64,000 nt of DNA, from positions 20,026,001 through 20,090,000 of the forward strand of contig CM022671.1 in assembly GCA_012295275.1 (NCBI GenBank). Direction: 5' to 3'. Shown piece after piece: positions 49,111 through 62,819 of this stretch (the stretch's first letter is position 1; each line of letters starts with the position of its first letter). This DNA is from Chrysomallon squamiferum (lineage: Eukaryota > Animalia > Mollusca). The notes beneath the pieces are model-generated. The model had not been told where the DNA came from, did not search any database, and saw only the letters and a program-made list of their open reading frames with translations. Position numbers and translations under genes: made by a program.

Positions 49111-50645
49111 CGTACATAACAACAAACGTTCAAGCATACAGATCTTCGGTCGTCAAATGATGTCGTACACCTCCGGAGTGAGGGAGAATGGATTCTATGC
49201 GATCGAATCTCGTTTGTGATTGGACTTTGTTCTCCTGTGCCAGTTCGTTCCCGAATATTGTCTTCGTGCAGAATCTAATCAGACGTACTTAGACAACATG
49301 CACTCATGCACACAAACACTGTTATACGTGTGTATACGTAGAGAAAACAAATATTTGTTTACTGAAACAGCTGCTTGTAAAACAATCATCTGCTATTATT
49401 TCTGAGCGAATTCAGCATGATTTATGATTTGTAATGGCGACAATGTGTGATGAATCTGTGAGTAATAAATATTCGTGGATCGAAACAGATATTGGAAGAA
49501 TCAGTCATCGAGGAAAAACTCAGTCACATAAAAATACGTTAGCTTCACAAGACAAGAGTGTATGCTTGGTTGATTTAAACATGCAAAACACGACAACTAG
49601 TAGTAAAATATGTGTATCATTAACAATGATTAGACAAACATGTAATGCTTATGGTTGCAGTTGCACTGCTAACGTTATTATTATTATTATTATTATTGTC
49701 ATTATTATGTTTATTATCATCGTCGTTATCATCATTATCATCATCAATATTGTTGTTATTGTTGTTAAAGTCCCACGCACACACAGAGACATAAAAACAA
49801 AAGAGACACAGTGAGAATAATGTAAAAGAGACGGAGAGAGAGAGAGGATTTATGGATGAGTGAGAGAAAGAGACAGAGACAGTGTATCTGAGTGCTACAT
49901 TCAAGAAACAGAAGTGAAAGATACAGAATAAGGAAGACAGATATAGAGAAAGAGAGTGGGTGTCTTTCAGAAAGAGAGACAGAGTTATGTAAATAGGAAA
50001 GAGCCTGAAAGAGAGAATTCGTCTGTATAAGAAATCCAGCGAGACAGGGATGGTGTTTTTCTGTGTGCAAGAGACAGATACAGAAAGACAGAGATGGCGT
50101 GTTTGTCTGTATTTGAGAGAAAAGAGAAGGAAACTGACAAATTTCAGTTTTATGCACTAAGATAATGAGCCATTAAGCAATTCTAAAGAGTCCTCGGATT
50201 TGGCGCCGAAATCCTTCCGAGAGGCGACAAGATTTAATCTGCTGTAACTAAATCATCTGGTTTGAATCAATGATAAAGTTGAAAAATATTTAAAATTCCT
50301 TTTTGTAATAAGACAGTTCTTCAAAACCTATATTCAAATAAATGTCTTTTATCTCTTTTTATTAAAAGGCTCTTCACTGGATAATAGTTTGATTTTTTTC
50401 TATGAAAAAGCAGATTTTATTATCTCCATTACAGTGATAGTATTTTCAATATTCTTTTCATGTTTGTGAAATAATTCAGTCGTTTGTACGTGTCGCGGCT
50501 GCTGCATGCTGTTTGAGGTGCTAATAATTACTCTGTTTTGTCTTTGAAGTAAGCGTAATCGGTAATCATATAACATAAAGAGTTTTGCAGATGATGTCAT
50601 TTCTTGATTTCAATAATCACTTTTTCTTCATTATCCGGCAATGTG

Positions 50646-50681
<36 letters not shown>

Positions 50682-50956
50682 AGATTTTGTTATATCTTTT
50701 TATGTTCTCCTGAACTTTTAATTTTCATGCATTGTTAATTCAACAAATTCCAGCGCTATCTCTTTTAAAACGTGTAAAGACAACGGATACTGAATGGAAT
50801 ATATCAAAGTCTGTAAGCATGAACCTGACGGTTTTGAATTATACATGGTAAGATACAAAACTGTTATATTTACAGTAATGCCGTTGTAATCAGCGCTGCC
50901 ATCTCTTATACATTTTAAAAACTATCACTGAGATAGTATTCCATATGCAGTGATGC

Positions 50957-50960
<4 letters not shown>

Positions 50961-51008
<48 letters not shown>
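50961..51008. repeat. (CA)n microsatellite
   Basis: Direct reading. Confidence 0.97.
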
Positions 51009-51009
<1 letters not shown>

Positions 51010-52105
51010 CATTCGAAGTATAGATTGGAAGGTTATGATTTCATCCGCATATTAACTTTGCACACTGACTTCTAAATTCAGAGTAATGTTATTAATTATT
51101 AACTGTCTGGCTGATCGTAGAATTCATTAATGAATATTTTATTTAAAGCTATCTAAAGCCATTGTAATATTAAGTATAAACATTTGCTTTGTAATACAAT
51201 AGCATCATAGGACAGTACATCCCAATTCATCTTTCATAATTCATTAGGCGAGACACTGAATCTGAAGCACAAAGTCAACAATTTCATTTGTTTCCTTGAT
51301 AAGAACAGCTAGAATCCAAAACGCAGTTTACAGCTAGCATATTTCATTATTTGTATTAAAAAACTGAAAAAGTTTTTTCTCTATCAGTATAATGCAACAA
51401 CAGTGTGACAGTTTTAATTTGTATGCCAGTCTAATACATAAACTGTGCAGCCGCCATATGATCAGTTTGTATTAAAGAAAGCAGGAAGAAAACATAGTGT
51501 AGCAAATATTGCTGTACCGCCAGCCAGTTCACAAGATGTCCCATGAGATCGCGTGTTGCACATTCTTCAGTTATTGGGTGCGATAAGTCATCAGTTATGC
51601 CTAACCAGACAATATTTCATTTTTGTTTGTGATGAGAATACACAGTAGGAAATATTACCAATTTTTCAAAAGCGGGAAAGGGAATTGGGTGAATCCTAGA
51701 AGATTACATATTTTCGACAATGAGAGATGGAAACGCTGAAGGAATCAATATTAATTGTTATGGCGGAATATCGTCTGCGAGAACCTGAATAAACAAGCTA
51801 CATTCCATCTCCCCTATCACTTCCCCAGCCCCCTCCGTCAAAAAAAAAAAAGCAGGTCTTTGAATAAATCGTTTATATTTTGAATGATGTATTTTTTGAC
51901 GTTATGTCTAGTTGTTTGATCATGTTTCTTTGAGACAAGTTTTTAAAGTACATGGGCATATCAGAAAACATATTAAGAGAAGTAAAAATTTCAACTCTTT
52001 TTCTTTTTATCTTTTTTCATAAAAAAAGTAATAATAAAAACTGAAATCCAGACTAAGGAAGAACATAATAATAAAAAAAAAAAAAAAAAAAAGAAAGAAA
52101 CAAAA

Positions 52106-52152
<47 letters not shown>

Positions 52153-53435
52153 GGAAAAAAAGATAGAAAGAAAGAAATTGAATTGAACTAATTCAATATA
52201 GGCCCTTTCGCTATAACTGTTCGCATGGAGTATTGAAAGTACTAGCATAAACGAAATTATATTATTTAAAAAAAAAAAGAACAATGTAAGCCTTCTGTAA
52301 TCATTTACTGAGAATAAATTCAATCTCAGAAACGCTGAATGCCCTTTTTTTTTTTTTTTTTTTTTTAAAAATCCAGTAGATAGCGAAAATCAAAATCAAT
52401 GCTATCGTTCTGGCGGACAGACGGGCAAATTGGCATGTTGCATTTACGTGCGATCGTCACAAATTGCAAACTGTAGCGTTATCAAATATTCCGAAATCCC
52501 AGGAAAGCTTCGCTCGGGAGTACAATAAATGTCAGAGATGGCCATGGATTCGAAATCAGTGTTCCACAGTTTCTATCAAATTACAATATTTACGACATTA
52601 AGGAACAAGAAGATTGTCCCGGTGGATAGAAGGGCCAAATTATGAAAAAGCCGTATCGATCAGCGGAGTTGTTATACCATGAAAATTAATTCTCAGATCA
52701 AACGGTCACTGCGATGGTAAATCATGGTTGGCCGTGTGATGTGGTCCGCCAGCGAGCAATAAAAGAGAGATTCGCTGGAAATACCGACATTTCTAGTTCT
52801 GTACGTTCAGACACTTTTATGTCTGCGTAGTCGTATATTTAACTATCAAAAGAATGTACAGTTACTTTTTTTATGAAAATAGAAAATGGAGCAGAAGAAG
52901 AAAGATAAGTAAGAAAAATAAAAAGAAAGGAAAAAACCATAAACGTGAAATAAAAGTTTTTAATGATGATGAAAAAGGTAAATAATACAGCGGTATGTAG
53001 CCTAGTTTTAAATCGAATTATTTATACAAGACATGCATTTATAAATACAGAGACACATTATTAACACTGTAATTATATATCTACCCTATTTCAAATTCAC
53101 AATATACTCGCACCATAAATAATTTTACTTATACGTTTATGTGTGTGTACCTCTATGTATTTATAGATATTTATCTATAGTATTTATAGATATTGATATA
53201 AACACAACAATATCATCGTTCAAGCTAGCGCAGGGATTTTCCTCTTCCATGTTATCATTATTCAAGAAATCTATAATAAATCAATAATAATAAAAACTCT
53301 CCCGTAGAAACTCTATGTAGAGTATATATACTGTATTGTTTGTTAAATTTTCTTTCTCCTATATATTGTCAGAAAATTAAAAATGATTTTAAAAATATTA
53401 CTTGAAAAAAATGTATCTATATTTATGTTTGTTTT

Positions 53436-53437
<2 letters not shown>

Positions 53438-53485
<48 letters not shown>

Positions 53486-53505
53486 GATAGATAGATAGAC
53501 AGATA
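53438..53505. repeat. (GT)n-(ATAG)n microsatellite
   Basis: Direct reading. Confidence 0.95.
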
Positions 53506-54229
53506 CACTGAATGTATCAAATACATAATTATTACATCTTTGGAAGACACAACTAATCATGTGAAGTTTATAATTCACGCCATGACAGTCTCAGATTAAG
53601 TGGCTAGTAGTCACAGTGAATTCCGATTTAATTACATTGGTTTTCTTAACATATGAAAATTTGCTTTAGTTTCACTGTAATTACATCTCTATATCAGTGG
53701 GGGTATCGATGCTAATTAAATGTGGAGCGGTGTTTGCCTTTACACACGAATATTTCACTCGAAGCAACCAACCAAACCGGTGAGATAAGCGCGGAAAGAT
53801 AAGACAAGAAAAAAAAAGAGTATAATTAAAAACTCTGTTGGAGCTCTTTTGATGTCGTTCATTCATTATCACTGGTGAAAAAAGTTGTAGGAGAAAAATT
53901 TTAAAAATAATTATATGGTGTAATAATAAAGGTGTAAGAAGTACACACATAAAAAAGTAAAACTTAAAGATTACCAGGTTCGTTCATAATTAGAACGTCA
54001 TCGCAGCAGATGAATCTTCTTAACTGGGTGAGTTAATGCAGAACGTAGATTCAGCAATTGCTACAGTTAATGGTTATTAGCTGTCAGATATAATGCTGAA
54101 TCATATTGTGACTGAACTTAGATTTAGCATTTGGTATTGTTAACGGCTATTATACGTCACACATATATATAAAACTGTACTGATCTGAACTGAATATAAT
54201 ATTCAGAACTAAACTGACTGAACTCATGT

Positions 54230-54260
<31 letters not shown>

Positions 54261-54899
54261 TGAAAATAATAATAAAAAATAATAATAATAAAAGAACTAA
54301 CAGTCGCTATGCAACGGTTGTCCATACCAGCAGTTTATAATTATCTTCGGTCCGCAAACAAAACTATCTTATTTTATTATCACTTTTGGCAGAAGTGCGC
54401 ATTAATTAACGAAAGGACTATATTTTAGACGAAATGATAAATATTATGTTGTTTGGATTTTCCTTCTTCTTTTTTTTCTCGATGAACAAAGACCTTTGTT
54501 ACAGATTAGAGCGACTCGGTGTTTATGGCAGTGTAACACGCAAGTCGCGCATTGTGGCAGGGATTAGCGCGGGACAGGCCTATTCTACACATAATGCTTC
54601 CCAAAGTATCTCGTTTCCACCAAGGCTGAAATGGCGCATGTAAATGCGGTGACTTGTCATTATCAGTATCTTGTTTTTCTGCACTTCCATTCTTTTCATT
54701 TATTCGAAGCACAAAAGGATCGCCCTGATGTGTTTACGTGAAAATACAGAGAATTACATCACGAGTCGACCCATGCTATCAACCGCACATCGTGAAAAAA
54801 GATCTATGCACGCAAGGTGCAATTTGGTCGCTAGTCGGTCGCGAAAGATAATAGTTTCATAATACATACACTAACATACAGAGACAGTCAGACAAATAC

Positions 54900-55260
54900 T
54901 AACAATTCATACGCTTCAGTAAACAAACATATAAAACATAACCCGTCCATACACATAATGTTTTAAAACACAAATATCGTACGAGGCAAACAAGCATCCA
55001 CAAACATACTGTCATAAAACAAATACAGAATCACAGACAATAAAAAAACATATCAACACATTCACGAACACATACTGTGGTAAAACACAACTATAGATAC
55101 ACACACGAAAACGGTAAACGGATATACAAAAGCATGCACAGACACATACTGTCTATTATAAAATAAAATAATAAAATAAAATAATTATAGAATCAGATGT
55201 GAACATGATAAACAAACACATAAAAACATCAAGACGACCACACTGTCATACAACACGTTT
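54900..55260. repeat. Degenerate A/C-rich tandem array with a recurring ACATACTGT..TAAAACA motif
   Basis: Motif near 54953, 55004, 55070, 55145 and 55240. Confidence 0.55.
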
Positions 55261-55741
55261 GGGTTTCGTTAAACAAACATTGCTTTGTCTTTTAAATATC
55301 ACCTGACATTTACATCTGTCATCGCTGTCACTTATGACATAATTAAGCTTCAATTTTCTCCAGTCCAAGGTTTTCTGACTTCAAGTCTTGACAACAGATT
55401 TATCATACTAAAACACGCGGCCGTGGAATATAAATTATTTATTGACTTGTCACCTATCTGCTTACCTTAACACTGAACCAGCCTTGTCGACCCTATAGTG
55501 CTGAAGTCTGGTTGACACTGAAATAATATCTTGGTACAGGATTTATAACAAGAGTTAACAGAAGATGTTTGGCAACTATATCGCCTTCTACTTCTATTAA
55601 TCTTTTAACACATTAGCACTGAGGTTGTTCAGGTTTCTGTATTGTGCACCAAAAAACCCTACCAAAACAATCGCTTGTTCTTTCTCAGCCCTGATACATC
55701 ATACCTACTAAGCCTAGTAAGAGAATTAAATAAACGAATGA

Positions 55742-55777
<36 letters not shown>

Positions 55778-55784
55778 CCAACCA

Positions 55785-55970
55785 ACTAATCAACAAGTAC
55801 ATGAGTGAATTATTATTTTCCTAGTGGAAGGCACACATTGCGGCATTGTATTTGTCTGTCAAAGAACACTGGTAGAACAGGAAACTGATGAAATGATGCA
55901 CCGAGATGAAATGATCCTGCAATTCACCTCATCTCAGGCGAGCGCTCTAACAATGAGATACATTGCACTC
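55785..55970 (-). mobile_element. Degraded SINE, 5' tRNA-derived head
   Basis: CACTGG.AGAAC.GGAAA...GATCC...CTCAGGCGAGCGCTCTAACAATGAGATACA reads on the minus strand as an A-box-like TGTATCTCATTGTTAGAGCGCTCGCCTGAG followed by a B-box-like GGATC; adjacent (AAAT)n tract. Confidence 0.6.
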
Positions 55971-57594
55971 TGATTGAAATTGTTGGTTGTCAGAAGAAGT
56001 ATAATACTTGAATACTCCTTAAAACACTATGGTTCAAAGAGTGAATTTCTCATTTACGTTTCCAGTTTTTAATTTCAGAAAGATATTCGAATAAATCAGT
56101 TTTCTGAGTTGAGGTCATACAAGAAGATAAATTTAGTATTCGGTAATTCATACCTTTTCCCATACATCAGCGGTTTCTTTATACACCGAATAGTTTAGGT
56201 TAGTAAATAGTTTTAAATGTCGGATAATGTAATTGCAAGAAACGCTTGTACCTTTAAAAAAAAAAGAAATGGATAAATATGTATTGCTTCGAGCAATTAA
56301 ATATACAGTTAGTCAAATGAACTCTTTTCCTTGGATTTATGTTAAATTCAAGATATTCATGAACAATACTGAGAGGCTTCCCTCCTCCTTAAGTGTATCG
56401 AACCGCCGCTGAAGAGGCATTTGATAGCTCATGTAAATAGCTACCTACCACATCAGCGAACACTTACAATTACCGCTGTCCGTCGTCTATCTAGCGACTT
56501 CTTGGCAAGCAGCGAGGGCAAAACGCAAGCTAATTCGTGCCTTGTCATTACAGATCTTTTCAAAAAGTTCCTTTCAGCTGCAGAGTATAGGTTTAACACG
56601 TCGTCCCCAACACGAAGTGCTCGCCCGTAAATCTATAGCAGCTATTACATATATTAGATTTAATTCGCCAGCCATCTCGTGGTGACAGAGAACCGCAATT
56701 ATACGTAGGTTAATTTAGCTATCCTGGTCTCTAACGCGTTTTCTTTATTCCATCTGCTTCACACTTTTCGTGTGGGTGCACTTGTCTTCACTTGTTTATA
56801 TCAAATATTCAAAATAAAACAATTCTGTTTTCAGCTCTCTTATACATTCTTTTTTCCATTTCGGCATCTCTCAAACAATTATATCTCTATTTGACTGTCT
56901 AACAATCTTCTCACGAACACACGAACTCTAGTTTTTGTCTCACATATACAATCACTAACTCTGTGTCTGTCTGTCTGTCTGTCTGTCTCTCTTACATGTA
57001 CGGACGCAACCGCCAAACATTCTGCAGATCTAATTAACATATACATCCATACAATCCCCAACAGTAATGTTGTTCACATTAATAAATAAGATTAAACTAA
57101 TAAAATAACAATCACCGATGAAGCAGAATTTTTTTCCCCCTTTAAACACACATCACCAACGGAATACATCATCCGAACCAGCCGTAGGAAACGATCTCAG
57201 AATCCTTGACATTCGACCGGTTGAGTAATCGATTTACCTCCGAGCCAGGTGATATTTTGTCAGCCTTTACGTAGCATACTTAGGAGTCAAACGGACGCGG
57301 TTCGTTCGTGGACAAACATCAAGAAAATCGGATTAGGTCCCTTCTCGGATAACAGAACAAACTTATCTCTGAAATCTGTTTTGCTTGATAGGCTAAAGTT
57401 ATTTACTTATTAGATTACCGCGATGGCAAACACAAAAGAAAATTCAAGCAAAGTTGCTGAACGCCGATAAATTTTTAAACCAAACCGTTTACAGTTAAAA
57501 TTCCTGACATTGTTTAAATTGCACCAAATAAATTATATTGTTAAGAATATAGAAAAGACTGCCTCCGCGAAACAAAAACAATAACACAAATACA

Positions 57595-57636
57595 ACAACT
57601 AAACAACAGTAACAACAGTAACAACAACAACAGCAA

Positions 57637-57692
<56 letters not shown>

Positions 57693-57725
57693 ACAACAAC
57701 AATAACAACAATAACAACAAAAATA
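57595..57725. repeat. (CAA/CAG)n microsatellite
   Basis: Direct reading. Confidence 0.9.
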
Positions 57726-58446
57726 ATAATAGAATTAATAAAAAATACCAAATTTGTGGTCTGTATATATATATGTATAACTGTGTGTTTATATTTGTTT
57801 TATGATTGTGCGCGCGCGTGCGTGCTTGCTTGTGTGTGTGTGTATGTATGGGTGTATTTGTAAAATTCAGATTACATGCCTCTATATGTACTCGAACGCA
57901 GAACCATCAGTCAGAGAATCCCATTGTTACACCATGCATTAAGCCATTGAGGTTCATTTTGTTTGCCGAGCATTGCATGACTAAAAGGATTTATACTAGC
58001 GAATGCACATGTCTGGATGTATTGTACACACGTAAAGGAACCTTTTCAGTAAATATTTGTACGTTATCAATGATTGGAGATTTGGCACAAAGGATCCCCG
58101 TGCTGGATAAAATTGAAATGTCAACACGTCCATCATGGGAGACTTCCGCATGTCTTCATACAAATTGATGTTATTTTACTGTATTACGTGAGATACCTAA
58201 TTTTCAGTTAGATTTGGAGCAATGTAGAGAAAGATAGATATACTGAATTAATAGATATTATGATAGATTACAAATACAGACTACAAATATATTAATATGT
58301 AGTTTATGGTTATAAGAATAAAATATTATATGCTGTCATCAATTTCAAAATCTTATCAGAGGTAAATTTCAGTAGATATAGACAGATAGCTAAAGAGAGA
58401 GAGAGGCAGATAGACAGAGAAAGAAGGAGAAAGCGACAGATAGTTC

Positions 58447-58492
<46 letters not shown>

Positions 58493-58827
58493 GATAGAGA
58501 GAGAGATGCGATGTGAGAGGTAGTGACAGAAAGGGAGATAAAGAGAGAAACATGGACAAGAAAAAAAAAAAAAAAAAAAAAAAAACACACCCACACCCAC
58601 AGACATACATCCATACACACAAAACCCCAACCAAAACAAACAAAACAAAACTTTCACTTCTTTTTATTCTTTCTTCCTTTTCGTCTTCTTATTCTTCATC
58701 AATCGATCATTTGATTTAAACGAGTCAATATATATATATGTATGTATGTGTTTATATGCGTGTGTGTAAATGTGTGTATGTATATATGTATGTGTATGTT
58801 CATGTATATGTTTTATTTATGTATGTG

Positions 58828-58858
<31 letters not shown>

Positions 58859-59829
58859 ATGTATGTACGTATATAATTGTATATGTATGTGTGATATATG
58901 TTGTTGTTGTTTTGTTATTTGTTTATTTTGAGTATGCGTGTGTGAATGTGTCTGAAAGTGTATATTTCTAATACATGTATAAATGAGATAAATATATGGA
59001 GGGACACACAGGCAGTCGGGCACCCAAGCAGCGTGAGATACAGACAGACAGACAGTTAAACAGAGAGAGGCAGAGATATAAAAAGAGAGATACAAATTAT
59101 TATTTTTTTAAATACAGCTTTATATCTGATGTTACAACGATAAATATCGTGATTAGCATGACAGCACATTTAAAAAAAACAGCAACTTTAAAATGAGTTA
59201 CCTATTCATCCACAAGACACGTATCATAAATGAAATACAAATGTCTTCAAAATTTAGAACTGTTGGCGTAATTCACATCAAGGTTATTAATTTTGCAGAT
59301 TACGAAAATGCGGCTGAAGATTGCTATCTGACTTTTTACGTTTCGTTTATAACAAGCCAAGCCTTCACTGAATATGAAAAACGTCTATATAAATTTCATG
59401 TGCGATCTTTTATCCCCTATCTTAACGAAATCTAGAGAATGTCGAGACAACATGATTTTTCTATCTCTGCATGTGAAAAAGATTTATTAAAACTGTTTTC
59501 ATGTACTATATGATAAATATAAATACACATTCGTGGTAACTTTTAATGAAAACAAACTCTGATTTGAAGACATTAAATATGAATTTTGAAAAAAAAAAAA
59601 AAAAAAAACCCCAATAATAATAATAATTATTATCAGCCATTATCATTGTAGTAACCGTTGTTTAATTATTATCAATGTTGCTGGCTGAGTGATCTTGGTA
59701 AGACATCTTCATCAGGTAGAGGTAACCACCATCAAGACTGTTGCCCTAACAGTAATATTTCCAGTATCTTCATTTTCAAAATACGTTTTCAAAATGATAA
59801 TAAAATGTGAGGTGTCAGGCGTTGTATTA

Positions 59830-60295
59830 TTTTTATGTGAAAATGCTGTATTATGGTAAACAAGATTTTATATTCTATTCATTTCTGAGTGAAAAATATG
59901 TACCACATAAAACAAATATTTTTTTTTTTTTTTTTTTTTCTGTGTGAAAAATGGTGTGCTACACGTTTTTACATTTTTTGTTTCTGTGAAAAATGTTGCG
60001 CTACATCATAAAAGTTTTTATATATTTATTATTTCTGTGTGTAAAAAAAGAAAAGAAAGAAGAACTACATCGCATACGATTTAGCATTTTATTGCTCCTG
60101 TGTGAAAAAGATGTAGTGCATTAGAAATGTTTCTAGACTGCATTGTTTCTACGTGTGAAAAAGGTATACTATGACATACGTGTTTTTAATTTTCTATTTA
60201 TTTATTTATTTATTTGTTATTATTTTTTTTTTTATGTGTGAAAAATGTAATACGTAAGATAATTTTTATTTTATTTTTTAGTATGAAAATGAAAG
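59830..60295. repeat. Degenerate array of ~9 units anchored on (TTTC)TGTGTGAAAAATG
   Basis: Anchors near 59836, 59890, 59941, 59985, 60036, 60099, 60153, 60235 and 60282. Confidence 0.75.
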
Positions 60296-60574
60296 AAGAA
60301 GCTTCAACACGTTAAATCTAATGATCGGTTTGCTAAATTTGACACGTGGTTTTAACTGCGAGAAAAAAAAAAAAAAAAAAATAAAAAAAATACCGCCGCA
60401 CTGGCTTGTCTGTAATAATCAGAAATAAAAGTGAGGTTTACTTAGTAAACTATTTATACTTCAGACATGATAAATTAACTGAGAAATTGTTTGTGATCTC
60501 GCCGCAGAAACACAAGTGGATAGTTTTCACTGTAATCAGTTAGTGGACTAAAGTCGAATATATGACACTAAACC

Positions 60575-60825
60575 TGTTTTTAAAATAATTATGTGTTTAA
60601 AATACATAGGAAACCCATCATTTAAGTAAATATCTGTTTAAAATACTCTGAAAGCCCATTATTAAATAAATATATGTTTACAATATTAGAAAAACCCACT
60701 CGTAAAATAAATATGCACGTATTTTTAAAATACTTAGAAAAAAAACCTATTGTTAATTAAATATATGTTTTAAAATACTCAGAAAAACTCACTTTAAAAA
60801 TAAATGAATGTTTAAAATACTGATA
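60575..60825. repeat. Degenerate ~40-bp tandem array (TGTTTAAAATACT.AGAAAACCCA...TAAATA), about 6 units
   Basis: Direct reading. Confidence 0.75.
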
Positions 60826-61513
60826 AATGAAAGTATTTATTAATCTTCTCTTTGTAAGGCCAGAACAAAGATGTAACAATAGGAGCGAATTCGTAAAAAC
60901 ATAATATTAATCGACATATAAATACTAACAAACATAAAAATAAATAAAATGCATCCCTGATCACTCCCACAAAACACATCGTTTCTGTATTTCTTGATCT
61001 GTACCTGATGCCACATAACATACCGGAGACTGAAGACGTTTATTAGAGAAAGAGAACGTCTAATCCTGACTGCTGACACTGCGCTAAAATGCTCCTGCAA
61101 CACGTATTTCGCATTAAGCAAAACAATAAAATTCTAAATGTGCATTACGTCTGTTCTGTGGCAAAATAATATAGAAGCTTGCGTTCAGCCCATTATGCTA
61201 GCGATATAGCTTATTCCCAACCCTATTACGTTACTGCAGCGACGTATTCCCCAGTCTTGGCAGTTCTCCTAAGCACTTTCGTTTTATAACTTCGCCGCCA
61301 GTTTTACGATAACATGTGTCCCTTTCAATTTCGAGGTGAAAACAACAACAACAAAAATTTTAGTTACATTATTGACATACTGTCAGTGTTCATAGCAGCG
61401 TGCTATGCAAATGCCAGCATGTTTTATCTTTATACAAAAGCGGATTTCTTTGCTGTGACTAAACTTAAAGAATAAAATGGAATTCATTTAAATCAGTGAA
61501 AATAACAGAGAGG

Positions 61514-61544
<31 letters not shown>

Positions 61545-61569
61545 TAAAAAAAAAGAAGAGGGAAAGAAA

Positions 61570-62033
61570 TCGTGGTTTAGGCGAACATCCAATATCTCAC
61601 TGAACCTCGGTTATCGCAGCAATCAGTCTTGGCCCGGTAGCTTGGAAAACGCGACTAGTAGCTCTATAGCGAAGTGGCGTAGGAAGTCGAGACCTCGTTG
61701 TGACGGCTCATTCATCGTGCAGTGTGTTTCGCCCAAGAGGCGTAGTGCCGTTATGGCATTTCATTGGTTGACTGTTTGGCCTTTGGTGATCCACAGACGT
61801 ACGTTATGAATGGTGACATATTGTCAGCGTGTGCATATTAGTTTAGGTATCGTAGCAGCGCGACGGATTTCAGTCTTACACAGCTCCGAGTTAAGTGGTT
61901 GGATGCGGTCTAAAGTGCGGACTGTCATAATAACATGAACAGTACTCTACCTGTCGCACCTGCCTGAGTATATATATTATTATTTAAACGTGTTTCGCTG
62001 ATTGGAATGGTAAGAGTGATGGACGTGTGACGG
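61570..62033 (+). promoter_or_regulatory. CpG-rich promoter / 5' UTR region of an unidentified downstream gene
   Basis: One of the most GC/CpG-rich stretches in the window; follows a long poly-A tract; CCAAT/ATTGG motifs near 61589, 61764 and 62001; directly precedes the candidate first exon. Confidence 0.55.
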
Positions 62034-62133
62034 ATGGACAATGTTTACAAAAGAACAATGCTGTGGATGATTAAATTAGGATACCATGGAGATTCTCTGG
62101 GATTACCATGGATACTTCTGTTCTTTTGTTTCT
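62034..62133 (+). CDS. Probable first coding exon of a secreted or membrane protein: MDNVYKRTMLWMIKLGYHGDSLGLPWILLFFCF(phase 1)
   Basis: 100-nt open frame ending in hydrophobic LGLPWILLFFCF and a consensus GTAAGT donor at 62134 in phase 1, typical of signal-peptide exons. No homology recognised; other frames are possible. Confidence 0.5.
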
Positions 62134-62369
62134 GTAAGTATAATGTATATAATTATTTTTAACTACTGTACTACACAGCTGTACGGCGTGATGAAGTGAA
62201 TGAGTATTAAGATTTTAACAAAAAGAAGTGTGTGCGGATGATAATGATTTGTTTATAAAAGATTCAAACGTTTTAATGCAGTTTGAAAAAATTAATACGT
62301 GGTTGAAAAGTAAAGAAATAAATATTGTATCGAGAAGACAATCACTAAAGTAACACTTTATTAAATACA

Positions 62370-62390
62370 ACTACTTCTACTATTACTACA

Positions 62391-62424
<34 letters not shown>

Positions 62425-62429
62425 TTACA

Positions 62430-62475
<46 letters not shown>

Positions 62476-62495
62476 ATCTACTACCACTACTATGT
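62370..62495. repeat. (ACT)n microsatellite
   Basis: Direct reading. Confidence 0.9.
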
Positions 62496-62647
62496 TAATA
62501 ATAATAATAAAGAAAGTAGGAAAGAAGCAAAAAACTAAGAAATAAATCATTTTAAAACCCCACATGATCGCCATCCTAGCAAAAAATAACCATTAAAAAG
62601 TATTCGTATATAAACAATAAATAAATAAAATATGAAAAAACAACAAA

Positions 62648-62698
<51 letters not shown>

Positions 62699-62766
62699 AA
62701 ATAATGCAAACACAAACTTAAAAATAAAAATTAACAAACCAAAAAACCAAAACCAAAACCAAAACA

Positions 62767-62819
<53 letters not shown>

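Noticed and set aside
59830-60295. CRISPR-like repeat-spacer appearance (also 17197-17480)
   Set aside because: The context is eukaryotic, the repeats are short and degenerate, the spacers are related and of uneven length, and there are no cas genes.
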